Below, one piece after another: positions 53,465-62,358 of a stretch of 64,000 nt of DNA; positions within the stretch are counted from its first letter, which is position 1; every line of letters starts with the position of its first letter. This DNA is from a virus (taxonomy: Duplodnaviria; Caudoviricetes), in IMG/VR virus record IMGVR_UViG_640753059_000001; one strand, written 5' to 3'. A model generated the notes under the pieces. It made no database searches. It saw only the letters and a list, made by a program, of their open reading frames with translations, and was not told where the DNA came from. The position numbers were made by a program, and so were the translations under genes.

Positions 53465-53899
53465 GTGGGCTCTCTCATCGCGTCCTATGCCTCAGGGGCG
53501 GTCAACTGGCTGCTTGTGTTCCTGACGGGCTCTGCCTTGATCGTTGGCGTTGGAGGGATGATCTATTCACGCCTCCCAGTGCTGCCCTACCGGACTATTG
53601 TCGCGGCTGTCTCTGGCGTCCTCCTGTTCGTTGCGGGATGGACCGGGCATGCCGTGGATCAGCGGGGCAAGATGGAGCGCCAGGCCCTCCTTGAGGCTAA
53701 CCGCAAGCTGGTGGTGGAAATCACAGCCGAACGGCACAAGGCGGAATCGCTAGAGGCGGATCGAGCCACAGCCCAGCGGCAGGCGACCGAGGCCGAGGAC
53801 CGCGCACGCAAGGCCGAGGAAGTTGCCGTTTCCATCCCCGATTCCGGCGGGGTGTCGCAGCCCACATCCGACAAAATCCGCGATCTGTGGGGGAAGTGA
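53465..53899 (+). CDS. i-spanin-like protein
   Basis: AGGAGG SD; N-terminal TMs plus coiled coil. Confidence 0.7.
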   Translation: MGSLIASYASGAVNWLLVFLTGSALIVGVGGMIYSRLPVLPYRTIVAAVSGVLLFVAGWTGHAVDQRGKMERQALLEANRKLVVEITAERHKAESLEADRATAQRQATEAEDRARKAEEVAVSIPDSGGVSQPTSDKIRDLWGK

Positions 53900-53901
53900 C
53901 C

Positions 53902-54177
53902 ATGCGAGCGACCTACTTCGACGATATCACAGGGCCAGATGCCCCGGCGGGCGCGTTCAAATTCTATCAAGAGGGCGATAGGAAGGCCGCCGGGATGCTT
54001 TATGTGTGCCCTTGTGGGTGTGGAGCAACTGGCCGTCTACGCTTCCGCCCGGATACCTCAGGGAAACCGTCGTGGGAGTGGGATGGGAACCGCGACGCCC
54101 CGACCCTTAACCCAAGCGTCAATCATGTCGGGCACTGGCACGGCTGGCTCCGCAGCGGGGAGTGGGTGTCATGCTGA
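53902..54177 (+). CDS. DUF6527-like Cys/His protein
   Basis: CPCGCG..WEWDGNRDAPTLNPSV..HWHGWLR.GEW. Confidence 0.75.
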   Translation: MRATYFDDITGPDAPAGAFKFYQEGDRKAAGMLYVCPCGCGATGRLRFRPDTSGKPSWEWDGNRDAPTLNPSVNHVGHWHGWLRSGEWVSC

Positions 54178-54461
54178 TGCGCCTCGCCACCCCCATTCTC
54201 TTCGCACTGGCCCTCGCCGGCTGCGCCACGGGGCAGGCCCCACGAGTGCAGGTGTCCCTTCCTCCCGTCCCGGAGGATATCCGGGCCTGTGCCCAGCGCC
54301 ACGTTCCAAAGCCCTCAGGCGATAAGCCCCTTACCGAACGGGAAGTGTACGTGCTCATCTCCAAGCTCAAGGCCAGTGAGACGGCAAAATCAGGGTGCCT
54401 TGCCCGGTTGATCAGTCTCTATGAGGCTCAGGCCGCTATCGTTGTGGAGGCGCTTAAATGA
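54171..54461 (+). CDS. o-spanin-like lipoprotein
   Basis: Lipobox LAGC, Pro-rich, two further Cys. Confidence 0.7.
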   Translation: MLMRLATPILFALALAGCATGQAPRVQVSLPPVPEDIRACAQRHVPKPSGDKPLTEREVYVLISKLKASETAKSGCLARLISLYEAQAAIVVEALK

Positions 54462-54712
54462 GCCCGCCGGCCGGATACGCGGTCGAGCGCATCGACGACA
54501 CGAGAGACAAAGTCATCGCCCTTGAGGTGGAAGTGAAGCACCTCAACGACAAAATGGACAGCATGGTCTCCAAGTTGGACGAAATCCATGCCGCCTTCCA
54601 GCAGGCCAAGGGCGTTAAGCTGGCGATGCTCGTTGGCTTCACAATCTTCGGCGGCGCAATCGGGGCATTCATCACAAAGATGCTCGCCTATTTTGGCATT
54701 GTGATGAAGTAG
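54458..54712 (+). CDS. Coiled-coil protein with C-terminal TM (holin/XhlA-like)
   Basis: Heptad repeat then hydrophobic C-terminus. Confidence 0.55.
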   Translation: MSPPAGYAVERIDDTRDKVIALEVEVKHLNDKMDSMVSKLDEIHAAFQQAKGVKLAMLVGFTIFGGAIGAFITKMLAYFGIVMK

Positions 54713-54762
54713 CTGCGGGCCGGATTCTACACACCATCCCTCCCATAATCTAGGGGCACCAT

Positions 54763-56022
54763 ATGGCGATGCCGCAGCCGTCAGACGACGAGCTTGCGCG
54801 CCTTGTCGCTGCGCTCGATGCAGCTCAGGGCGTTCTATCCCACGCAGCAAAAGCATTGGAGCTTCCGGACACCACGGCACGCAGATGGCGGGATATGGCG
54901 GCCCGTAGGGGGATGCTCGGCACCAAGCCCATCCTCCCCGGCTTTGAAATCTCCCGCGCCTCTGCCGAGCTTGACGAAGCCGGGAACGTGCATCGCCAGT
55001 GGGTGACGCAGAAGCCGGAAAGGGGCGGGCCTTTTACCCTTCCCGAAGGCCATGTGGTCAAGGGCGTGTCGGCGCTCATAGATGCTGATGGCAGGGTATC
55101 GGCACAGTGGGTGAAAACGCGAGAGGGCATCGAACCACTTGATGTTGTCGAAGCGCTCAAGGCCGGACTGGAAAGCTACTCTGGCCCCAAGAAGCCATCG
55201 GCAGCGCCTCGCGGCTGTAACGACGACCTCCTCACGCTCCTGCCCCTAGCCGACTGGCACCTGGGGCTCTACACATGGAGGCGAGAGGTCGGAGAAAACT
55301 GGGATCTGAATATAGCGGAACAGCTATATACCGAGACCATCGAAGACCTCATGTCGCGCACCCCTCGCGCGGGAACCGCCATTGTGCTTGGGGGTGGTGA
55401 TCTTGTCCACTCGGACAACTTCGACAACCGCACCGCGCGCTCTGGCAATTCGCTGGACGTGGACGGGCGATACCCCAAGGTTGTCGAGACGGCCGGCCGG
55501 ATGGTCGTGCGCACCGTAGACACCTGCCTCCGCACCCACGCCCATGTAGTGGTGCGCATCCTCCCCGGAAATCACGACGAACACACCTCTGTCGCCATCG
55601 CCTACTTCCTGAGCGCATGGTTTCGGCATGAGCCTCGCGTGACGGTGGACACAGACCCCTCCCTCTTTTTCTGGCACCGCTTCGGCAAGGTGTTCCTTGG
55701 GGCTACCCACGGCCACACCGTCAAGGCCCGGCAGATGCCGGCTATCATGGCGGCACGTCGTCCTGAAGATTGGGGCGCCTCCCGCTTCCGCCATATCCAT
55801 TGCTTCCACGTTCATCATACCGAGAAGCTGACAGACGAAGCCGGCGGGGCCACAGTCCATGTGCACCGCTCGCCAGCCCCTCAGGACGCATGGCACTTCG
55901 GTGCGGGGTTCGTCTCTGGCCGGTCCATGGAAACGACCACCTATCACCAGTCCAAGGGCGAGCATGGCAGCTCGTTTTCCCCGGTTCGCTCGCATGACGC
56001 GGGCGTGGATGTCCCCGCATAG
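54763..56022 (+). CDS. HTH + calcineurin-like metallophosphoesterase
   Basis: LADWHLG, GGDLVH, PGNHD, THGH, FHVHH. Confidence 0.85.
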   Translation: MAMPQPSDDELARLVAALDAAQGVLSHAAKALELPDTTARRWRDMAARRGMLGTKPILPGFEISRASAELDEAGNVHRQWVTQKPERGGPFTLPEGHVVKGVSALIDADGRVSAQWVKTREGIEPLDVVEALKAGLESYSGPKKPSAAPRGCNDDLLTLLPLADWHLGLYTWRREVGENWDLNIAEQLYTETIEDLMSRTPRAGTAIVLGGGDLVHSDNFDNRTARSGNSLDVDGRYPKVVETAGRMVVRTVDTCLRTHAHVVVRILPGNHDEHTSVAIAYFLSAWFRHEPRVTVDTDPSLFFWHRFGKVFLGATHGHTVKARQMPAIMAARRPEDWGASRFRHIHCFHVHHTEKLTDEAGGATVHVHRSPAPQDAWHFGAGFVSGRSMETTTYHQSKGEHGSSFSPVRSHDAGVDVPA

Positions 56023-56031
56023 GAGCGCGCC

Positions 56032-56259
56032 ATGGAAGACGACGATGATTTCGGGGCGGTACCGTGCGATGTCGTTTACGAGCGTGTGCAGGCGATTAGA
56101 AATATCGCCATGGATCTAGAGACGATCACAGACCGTAAGGCGCGCGATCTACTCTTGAGGGCGGGTGAATTGGCCCTCCAACACCTCACCCTTAAATCTG
56201 CCGTCCCTGTTGAACTCGTGGCGGAGGATGGTAGAATTGTGAGCAGGAGGCCGCTGTGA
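56032..56259 (+). CDS. Hypothetical protein
   Basis: AGGAG SD; coupled to next gene. Confidence 0.55.
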   Translation: MEDDDDFGAVPCDVVYERVQAIRNIAMDLETITDRKARDLLLRAGELALQHLTLKSAVPVELVAEDGRIVSRRPL

Positions 56260-56618
56260 ACCTTGAAGAGCTTCGCGATATCGGTGGCATCACCTACGTC
56301 TCCGTGCCTTATACGGCTCATCTATACGGCCTGTCCGCCGCGGCCTACGATGCCGACCGGCACGCCGCCCACCTGATCAAGATGGGCTTCATCCCGTTCT
56401 CCCCCATCTCGCACTCCCACCCCATCGCCCGCGTCGGGGGCATCGACCCTCGCTCCCACGAAATCTGGATGGCGCAGAACGACGCTTTCATGGAAGCCTG
56501 CTCAGCCATGGTCGCAGTCCATATCCCAGGTTGGGAAGACAGCATTGGCATGAAAATGGAGCGGGAGGCGTTCGCCCGGATGGGGAAGCCTGTTGTGGAA
56601 ATGGAGATGCTGCCTTGA
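56256..56618 (+). CDS. DUF1937/nucleoside 2-deoxyribosyltransferase-like protein
   Basis: YVSVPYT, FSPISHSHPI, PGWEDSIG..E. Confidence 0.8.
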   Translation: MNLEELRDIGGITYVSVPYTAHLYGLSAAAYDADRHAAHLIKMGFIPFSPISHSHPIARVGGIDPRSHEIWMAQNDAFMEACSAMVAVHIPGWEDSIGMKMEREAFARMGKPVVEMEMLP

Positions 56619-56905
56619 GCGACGGGTACGAAACCCTGAAGGACATTCTTGACGCGGCCTATGCTCAGGCGTCCAAGGGAAAAGGCAAGGAACGCCACGC
56701 GAACGACAAGCCTTTCCACGATCAACCCATCATGCACATCGCCCGCAAGCGCGGCATCGGCTTCCCGCTAGGCCAAGCCGACAAGAAGTCGGAAGAGGCC
56801 CAAGGCATGCTGGAGCGCGGCCAGAAAGACGCCGCGATCCGGGAATTGCTCGGGAGCATCGTCTACCTCTCAGCGGCGATTTTGCTCATTCGGGAGAGGG
56901 AGTGA
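56615..56905 (+). CDS. Conserved all-alpha phage protein
   Basis: AYAQASKGKGKERHA..PFHDQP..GQA.KK..E..ELLG.IVY; TTG start overlapping stop. Confidence 0.7.
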   Translation: MSDGYETLKDILDAAYAQASKGKGKERHANDKPFHDQPIMHIARKRGIGFPLGQADKKSEEAQGMLERGQKDAAIRELLGSIVYLSAAILLIRERE

Positions 56906-56919
56906 CGGCTACATACTGC

Positions 56920-57261
56920 TCAGACTAGATTGTCTGTATAGAAGCGCTCGTGCAGCGCACCGCCCAATTCCATTCCTGGCTCAAACCAGTTTTCCCCCTC
57001 GGAGCGGCGGAACCCCTTGTCATCCGGGTGGGGGGCCAGCTTGAGCGTGATGGCAGGCATACCCGAGCCGCCGTCTAATAGGATCAAGATAGAATAGGCC
57101 ACGCCCTCGCACCTGTCCTTGATCGTAAGGACATCCCCTGTGGCGGGGTCAACATCCGGTAGCTTAGCCCAATAATTGGCGGCCCTCCGCACATGCGCCA
57201 GGATCATGTCCAGCACCTCTTCCTCGGTGTAGGCTCGCGGCCCGCTCATTCGGATCTCCAT
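56920..57261 (-). CDS. Conserved hypothetical protein
   Basis: PRAYTEEEV..YWA..RCEGVAYSIL..LDG..PHPDDK..GENW. Confidence 0.7.
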   Translation of the reverse strand: MEIRMSGPRAYTEEEVLDMILAHVRRAANYWAKLPDVDPATGDVLTIKDRCEGVAYSILILLDGGSGMPAITLKLAPHPDDKGFRRSEGENWFEPGMELGGALHERFYTDNLV

Positions 57262-57284
57262 AAGCTAGATTGTCTGTAGCGGGA

Positions 57285-57428
57285 TTAGCCTTCTGGCGAC
57301 AGAGCTGCCGCAAGCGCCCTGTCCGCCTTATCGGCCAAGTCCGGACGATCCTCATAGTGGTAGCGCCAAATCCAGTCCCGGCACTCTCTTAGCGCCTCAG
57401 CCAGACGCCTTTCGCTATCGGTTGTCAT
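57285..57428 (-). CDS. Small hypothetical protein
   Basis: MTTDSERRLAEALREC; AGGA SD. Confidence 0.45.
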   Translation of the reverse strand: MTTDSERRLAEALRECRDWIWRYHYEDRPDLADKADRALAAALSPEG

Positions 57429-57441
57429 CGGGGCCGTCCTC

Positions 57442-57797
57442 TCAGGATGAGTGCTGCTTGCGGGCCATATCCCGCGCGTAGCGGATGTAGCGGTCTGAAA
57501 GCTCGGTCTGAGCGGCGACCTCTCGACTGCTGCCTGGCATCGCAATGATCTGGGCGACGCGGCCGGGGTCATAGCGCTGGCTCGCACGCCGCGCCTCATC
57601 AATGCGAGAGCTGCGGCCCTTCTCATCCATGTCGTTGACGTTCGCCTTCTGATCCCCAAGCCTAAGGTGGCGGGGGTTGCGTACGACAGTATGCTAGCGT
57701 ACACCACAAGGTCTCCCGACCCACAGAAGGGGCACCCCACCGGGTGTAGCCCGAGCATATTCGGCGATACATGACGTGATGTCAGAAAATATCTCAT
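57442..57797 (-). pseudogene. Degenerate HNH homing endonuclease
   Basis: Frame upstream of 57630 reads stop-HTVVRNPRHLRLGDQKANVNDMDEKGR; TAG at 57694-57696. Confidence 0.6.
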
Positions 57798-57799
57798 TT

Positions 57800-58165
57800 T
57801 TACTTATCCAGTTCCATAATGCGGGCGCGGATGGCGGCCTCTATAAAGACCGTCGCGTCCGTGAATCCGGCCTCCCATCCGTCCTTGCATGTCGCGCTGG
57901 GGCCGCCGAAGTCAGGGGCTACGTGATAACGCTCCAAGTTGCTGCCCAAAATCGACTGCGCCTCCTTCAGCCCGGCGAGCATGCCGGCGCGGTGGGCCTC
58001 TGCACGGGCGATTTCAACAAGATCAGATCGGATATATTCGGTAGGCTCCCCATCCTCTTTATCGGCCGGCCAAACTTTATCCGAGCACCACATCCGCCCT
58101 TCCATGGCGTGGAATGCATCCTCTGCGTTTTGGAGCCAAATGCTCTTGTGATCTTCTGTGCTCAC
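57800..58165 (-). CDS. Hypothetical protein
   Basis: IWLQ..WCSDKVW..TEYIRSDL. Confidence 0.65.
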   Translation of the reverse strand: MSTEDHKSIWLQNAEDAFHAMEGRMWCSDKVWPADKEDGEPTEYIRSDLVEIARAEAHRAGMLAGLKEAQSILGSNLERYHVAPDFGGPSATCKDGWEAGFTDATVFIEAAIRARIMELDK

Positions 58166-58416
58166 GGCTTCGGCCCCCCGATCCTCGCCATGATGGCGTT
58201 GGCCGCGTCAACACGGGAGCGGCAGTAGATTGAGACAAATGCTTCGCTCTTGCCGGCAAGAATTTCCGGGTCGATGCCGTTTGCGGCATCCGCCGCTTCT
58301 TCCAGCGCCTCGCGGCGAGCTTCTGCGTGAGCGCTGGCGATAGCTTTTTGCAACGCCTTGTTGTAGCTGCGAACTATGTCATCAACAGCCACATCTATCG
58401 GGTCCTTCTGGGTCAC
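58162..58416 (-). CDS. Hypothetical protein
   Basis: ARREALEEAA; start approximate. Confidence 0.5.
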   Translation of the reverse strand: MTQKDPIDVAVDDIVRSYNKALQKAIASAHAEARREALEEAADAANGIDPEILAGKSEAFVSIYCRSRVDAANAIMARIGGPKP

Positions 58417-59072
58417 GGCTTCGGCTCCTGGTTCTTGAGGGCGGTGCGGGCAATCCCCTGCACGTTGAAAAACGCCCAGCCGACTGCGTATGAACCAGTT
58501 CTGCAACTGCTCTTCTCCGGGTGCTCTGCGATATCGTGCAGCGCCTCCCGCAGCCTCCCCACCTCTTCCCTGAGCGAGGCGTTCTCTCTCGCGATATGCA
58601 AGATATCGTCTTCGCGGCGCCCGATAAACTCTTCCAGTTGCCTGATTTCTCGCCGCGCTGCGTCCCGCTCACACATCATTTCTCCAATGCGCTCGGCGTA
58701 CTTCGTGATGCGCACCTCATGCTTATTCGTCAGATCTCTGACGTAGCTTGCGTGACCCTCTCCGTCCAAGCGGAACAGTTCGCGCTGCCGCTCGATCTCA
58801 GCGGCCCCGGTCTCCACCTGCCCAGTCAGGGCCGCGCATCGCTCTTCAAGGCGGGCGATGTGGACGGCATAGTGCGCGTGGATGGCGTCGAGCGTGGCGG
58901 TGCACATGCTGACGGCGCTGGATCCCCAACCCATTTCGTCGTCCACCTCTTCGTCCGGATCGTCGAATGCGGCGCAGAGCGTGATCGCGAGATTGTCGCC
59001 ATGCATCGCGTCGATCTGCACGCCAGCAAGGTTTGCCCGCAGCCGCGCCTTGATATCGTCAGTCTCGGTCAT
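58413..59072 (-). CDS. Ead/Ea22-like coiled-coil protein
   Basis: ERDAARREI..LREEVGRLREAL..IARTAL. Confidence 0.6.
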   Translation of the reverse strand: MTETDDIKARLRANLAGVQIDAMHGDNLAITLCAAFDDPDEEVDDEMGWGSSAVSMCTATLDAIHAHYAVHIARLEERCAALTGQVETGAAEIERQRELFRLDGEGHASYVRDLTNKHEVRITKYAERIGEMMCERDAARREIRQLEEFIGRREDDILHIARENASLREEVGRLREALHDIAEHPEKSSCRTGSYAVGWAFFNVQGIARTALKNQEPKP

Positions 59073-59355
59073 GGCTGGGGTCCTCCGTGGTCGTAAGGGG
59101 AATGTGCTCGAAACGACATGCACGTCCCCACGCTTCATCCGTCGAGAGCCCTCGCCACGCTTCGAACCGGCTCTCGCTACTGCAATTGCCGATGTTCGCG
59201 AGCAGGATGAAGGTGAGCGGTCCGAGATCAAGCCGCCACTCGCCGCCGTAAACGTCCGCATCGCGGCCGGCGCGCAGCTTCCACATGAGCGGCCAGAACT
59301 GGACGCCGATCCCGATTTCTCGGCAGTTCCGCCAATGCCAACGCGGTTCTCTCAT
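59059..59355 (-). CDS. Trp-rich hypothetical protein
   Basis: MREPRWHW; overlaps next start. Confidence 0.5.
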   Translation of the reverse strand: MREPRWHWRNCREIGIGVQFWPLMWKLRAGRDADVYGGEWRLDLGPLTFILLANIGNCSSESRFEAWRGLSTDEAWGRACRFEHIPLTTTEDPSHDRD

Positions 59356-59359
59356 CGCC

Positions 59360-59611
59360 TCAGCCCTCCCGCCCTTCGCGCTCGGCGAGGGCCGCGTACT
59401 TGGCTTGCCAGTCTGCTTCGGCCGTAGCCTTGGCGTGGTCGATGTTGTCGCACTGCACCCAGACGAACGGGTCATGTGCCCACCAGAGCAGCCCATCAGG
59501 CGCGATCGCGTAGATCCCGCCGATGCCATCAGCGAGCCATTCGGCATCATCGTGCCCGTAGTCCTGGCCGTCATCCTTCGGGCGGCGCCACGTGAGCGGT
59601 TTTGCTACCAT
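59360..59611 (-). CDS. Hypothetical protein
   Basis: VAKPLTW...AKATAEADW; GAGGAGG SD. Confidence 0.6.
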   Translation of the reverse strand: MVAKPLTWRRPKDDGQDYGHDDAEWLADGIGGIYAIAPDGLLWWAHDPFVWVQCDNIDHAKATAEADWQAKYAALAEREGREG

Positions 59612-59613
59612 CG

Positions 59614-61017
59614 TCACGCCTCCTCGCCGGGGAGAGGAAGGGCGCGCGCCCCATGATCTGCTCGGATTTGGGCAAGCAGAGCGGCATCTTCGTCCTGAAG
59701 GGACTCGCCCGTGCACTCGGCCAGCCAGTCGATTTGCGCAATGAGGATGCCGATATCGCGATCTAGCTCCGCCGCGCTCCGGGCCGCCGCAGGGGCGGTG
59801 GGTGGGGTGGCGAGGGTGGAGAGGATGCCGATCTCTTCCGCTTTCAGCAGCACCAGCCGGCGATGATCTGCCTCGGCCGCGTCTTTCGCGGTCATCGCAT
59901 CCGCATGGTCTGCGCCGCGTCCCGCAGCCTGATGATAGGCGACCCCGTTGCGATCGACGCCATAGGTGAAGAAGCCGACAGCAGAGCTTGCGGTGAAGAG
60001 GACATAATCGTCCGCGCTCTCGTCCATCCACTCCAGCGGCTTGACCACCACCTCGGCCTTCGCGGGCTCCGGGGGCGGGGCGGGGATCTTGAAGTCAGCT
60101 TCGATTTCCCGGAGCGCCTGCTTCGCGGCCACTGCCCCCGCATCACTGCCAACGCGGAATGCCATGGCGCGCTCGATACGGGCGACCATTTCATCGAGCG
60201 ACGGAGCACCGTTCGTGAAGCCGATGTGATGGTTTACGGCCTCGCCCTGGATGACCTCGACTTCGAGGCAGAAGTCGATTGCCGGATCGGGATGATGGCC
60301 GAAGCGGCCAAGCACTTCCCCGCTCTCGGCGGGAGGGGCGGCACGATAGAGCGGCGTTTGGAAATTTCCTTCCGGCGCCAGCCGGAAGGGGAGATAGGCG
60401 CTGGGCAACCCGGCGGCATTGTCGAGCTGGCTTGCACTGACGTAGATCGCCGGCGCCGCCACCGGCCACTCCTGCGGCATGGCGGAGCCGGTGGGCTTGG
60501 CGGCCTGCTTGGCGCGGATCTTCTCAACCTTCGTCCAGATACGCGCCAGCTCGGTCTCGCCCGCCTCGTGCATATCAACCCCATGGGCAAGGCAGTAGGC
60601 GGCGAGGGTCACCATGACGCCGCCAACTTCTTGCGACGGCTCTCCGGCCGGGCGGCTCCAGACGTAGCCGGTGAGGGCGCTGACGCGCTCGGCGGGGTAG
60701 CCACCAGATTGCAGAAGCTCCAGAACCTCTTCAAGCAGGCGGTCGCCACGCTCCAGCCTGTCGGCCGAAATCGCAGGGCCGAAGCACGCCTTCATCCAAG
60801 GATCAACGCGGGATTGAAAGCTTTCACCCGGCACCGCCGCCGGATCGCTATGCGCGCGGGCGCGCTCGTGGGCGAGGGCGGCTTGCCAGCCCTGCCACAT
60901 CCACTGCGTGTCGCTGTCGTCGTACATGCTGGTCTCGTCGTCCCACGTTCCTGGGGCGAGTCCGTCTTCGCGAGCTTCGGCCTCGAAGTCCTCGCGGTCC
61001 TGGTCACGCTGGGTCAT
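59614..61017 (-). CDS. Mosaic protein with MazG-like NTP pyrophosphohydrolase domain
   Basis: FQSRV..W...CFG..RLLEEVLEL..QEVGGVMVTL..ELARIW. Confidence 0.7.
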   Translation of the reverse strand: MTQRDQDREDFEAEAREDGLAPGTWDDETSMYDDSDTQWMWQGWQAALAHERARAHSDPAAVPGESFQSRVDPWMKACFGPAISADRLERGDRLLEEVLELLQSGGYPAERVSALTGYVWSRPAGEPSQEVGGVMVTLAAYCLAHGVDMHEAGETELARIWTKVEKIRAKQAAKPTGSAMPQEWPVAAPAIYVSASQLDNAAGLPSAYLPFRLAPEGNFQTPLYRAAPPAESGEVLGRFGHHPDPAIDFCLEVEVIQGEAVNHHIGFTNGAPSLDEMVARIERAMAFRVGSDAGAVAAKQALREIEADFKIPAPPPEPAKAEVVVKPLEWMDESADDYVLFTASSAVGFFTYGVDRNGVAYHQAAGRGADHADAMTAKDAAEADHRRLVLLKAEEIGILSTLATPPTAPAAARSAAELDRDIGILIAQIDWLAECTGESLQDEDAALLAQIRADHGARALPLPGEEA

Positions 61018-61336
61018 TGTGCGGCTCCTCTGCGGCTGCGATTTCGTGGGAGAGCATGGCGCGGAATAGCTCGCGCGCGCCGGTCTCGCGGCCTTTGATA
61101 TTCCACGGCGGTCCACGGTCTTCGGTGTGCATGCAGTCAATGCCGCCGACTTCCAACACATATTCCCCGCCTGCCGTGGTCATGACGGATGTCGGCTCCA
61201 GCATCTCCTTCATCGCGGCGAGGGCTCTCTCTCTGAGGATGTCCTTCTGGAACCGAGAAAGTATCTTCCACGGTCTATTCCGTGGCGTCGCCTCATAGAT
61301 CGCCCGCGCGATCCGCTCCTGCATTTCGCTGGCCAT
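61004..61336 (-). CDS. Hypothetical protein
   Basis: ERIARAIY..A.AAM..M.EPT..M. Confidence 0.65.
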   Translation of the reverse strand: MASEMQERIARAIYEATPRNRPWKILSRFQKDILRERALAAMKEMLEPTSVMTTAGGEYVLEVGGIDCMHTEDRGPPWNIKGRETGARELFRAMLSHEIAAAEEPHNDPA

Positions 61337-61339
61337 CCC

Positions 61340-61936
61340 TCAGCCCTCCTTCGTGGTGGAGAGAGGTGGGGCGGGGAGAAGCATCCAGTGGGTGGGCGAC
61401 AGCTCTGTGAACTCCTCGTAGCCCCAAGACGCGACCGTGAAATCCGACCACGCCCCGCGGTACAGAGGCCCGTCGTCCGGGTAGGAAGCGATTTCGAACT
61501 CCGGAACCCACTGCCCCACGGATATGGTCCACTCGGCCGGCTTGCCAGCCTCCGAGACCGCACTGGACGCGAGCAAGATGCGTGTCCCGTCCTTCGGCGC
61601 GGTCTCGATAGGCTGCCACACCACCCCACGCAGGAGCGTGGTGAGCGCGTCCCTTAAGTCGCGCAGCTGGCGCGCTTCAGTGATGACACCGTCTTCGGCT
61701 TGCTCGTCATGCCACTTAGTGGCTGCGGCCAGCAGCATCCCTTGGCCATATTGGTCAGGGGCGGACTGCTGCCACTGCCATTCGACCCCCATCTCGCGGG
61801 GCTCCGTGTACCCATCCCCGCCGCTGTATAAGCAGGCATTGAGCAAGTACTCGCCGACTTCGGCGAGGCGAATAGCCTCTTCCAAGTCGTCCACCCGCTT
61901 CGCCAGCGCGGCGGTGTCGATGGTCTCATTCGTCAT
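61340..61936 (-). CDS. DUF551-domain protein
   Basis: WQPIETAPKDGT.IL...PTHWMLLPAPP. Confidence 0.85.
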   Translation of the reverse strand: MTNETIDTAALAKRVDDLEEAIRLAEVGEYLLNACLYSGGDGYTEPREMGVEWQWQQSAPDQYGQGMLLAAATKWHDEQAEDGVITEARQLRDLRDALTTLLRGVVWQPIETAPKDGTRILLASSAVSEAGKPAEWTISVGQWVPEFEIASYPDDGPLYRGAWSDFTVASWGYEEFTELSPTHWMLLPAPPLSTTKEG

Positions 61937-62150
61937 GGGTCTCTTCCCGCGCCTTGAGTAGAGCATCGGCCACCTGATAGGAGCGTCCGGCAATATCGTC
62001 GGGGCCGAAGCTGACACCTGCCGTTCCAGAATGGGCGGCCATGCCGGCCGCAATCTGACCGGCGAACCAGTCGCGCAGGGTCATCCCTGCCGAACCCCAG
62101 CCCTGCCCTTCATCCGGGACCGGGAAGGCGAAACCGCCGTCATTCGTCAT
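61926..62150 (-). CDS. Conserved small phage protein
   Basis: DGGFAFP...GMTLRDWFAGQ...Y.VADALLKAR. Confidence 0.8.
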   Translation of the reverse strand: MTNDGGFAFPVPDEGQGWGSAGMTLRDWFAGQIAAGMAAHSGTAGVSFGPDDIAGRSYQVADALLKAREETHDE

Positions 62151-62358
62151 CGGGATATTCCCTTTCCATCCGCTGGCGCTCGTGAGCGTCGTCGCGAAGA
62201 AGATCCGGGTCAGGCTCGCTATCTTCCCAAGGGCACGACCCCATTTCTTCCTCAAGCTCACAGGAGCGCGAGGAATAGGCGCCGCAGAACGGGCAGATCG
62301 TGTTTGGCGCTGCGACACGATACGGAGCGGCGGTGTCGATGGTCTCGGTCATGGTCAT
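62140..62358 (-). CDS. Small Cys-rich protein
   Basis: CPFCG..C..CPW; PDPDLLRD. Confidence 0.55.
   Translation of the reverse strand: MTMTETIDTAAPYRVAAPNTICPFCGAYSSRSCELEEEMGSCPWEDSEPDPDLLRDDAHERQRMEREYPDDE

Noticed and set aside
56880-57300. Integrase/attP at the convergence of the two arms
   Set aside because: No tyrosine or serine recombinase ORF anywhere in the window; only a short repeat is present
57285-57797. Lar-like restriction-alleviation protein (CPFCG)
   Set aside because: Second CxxC absent; the region is better explained as an HNH remnant plus a small downstream gene
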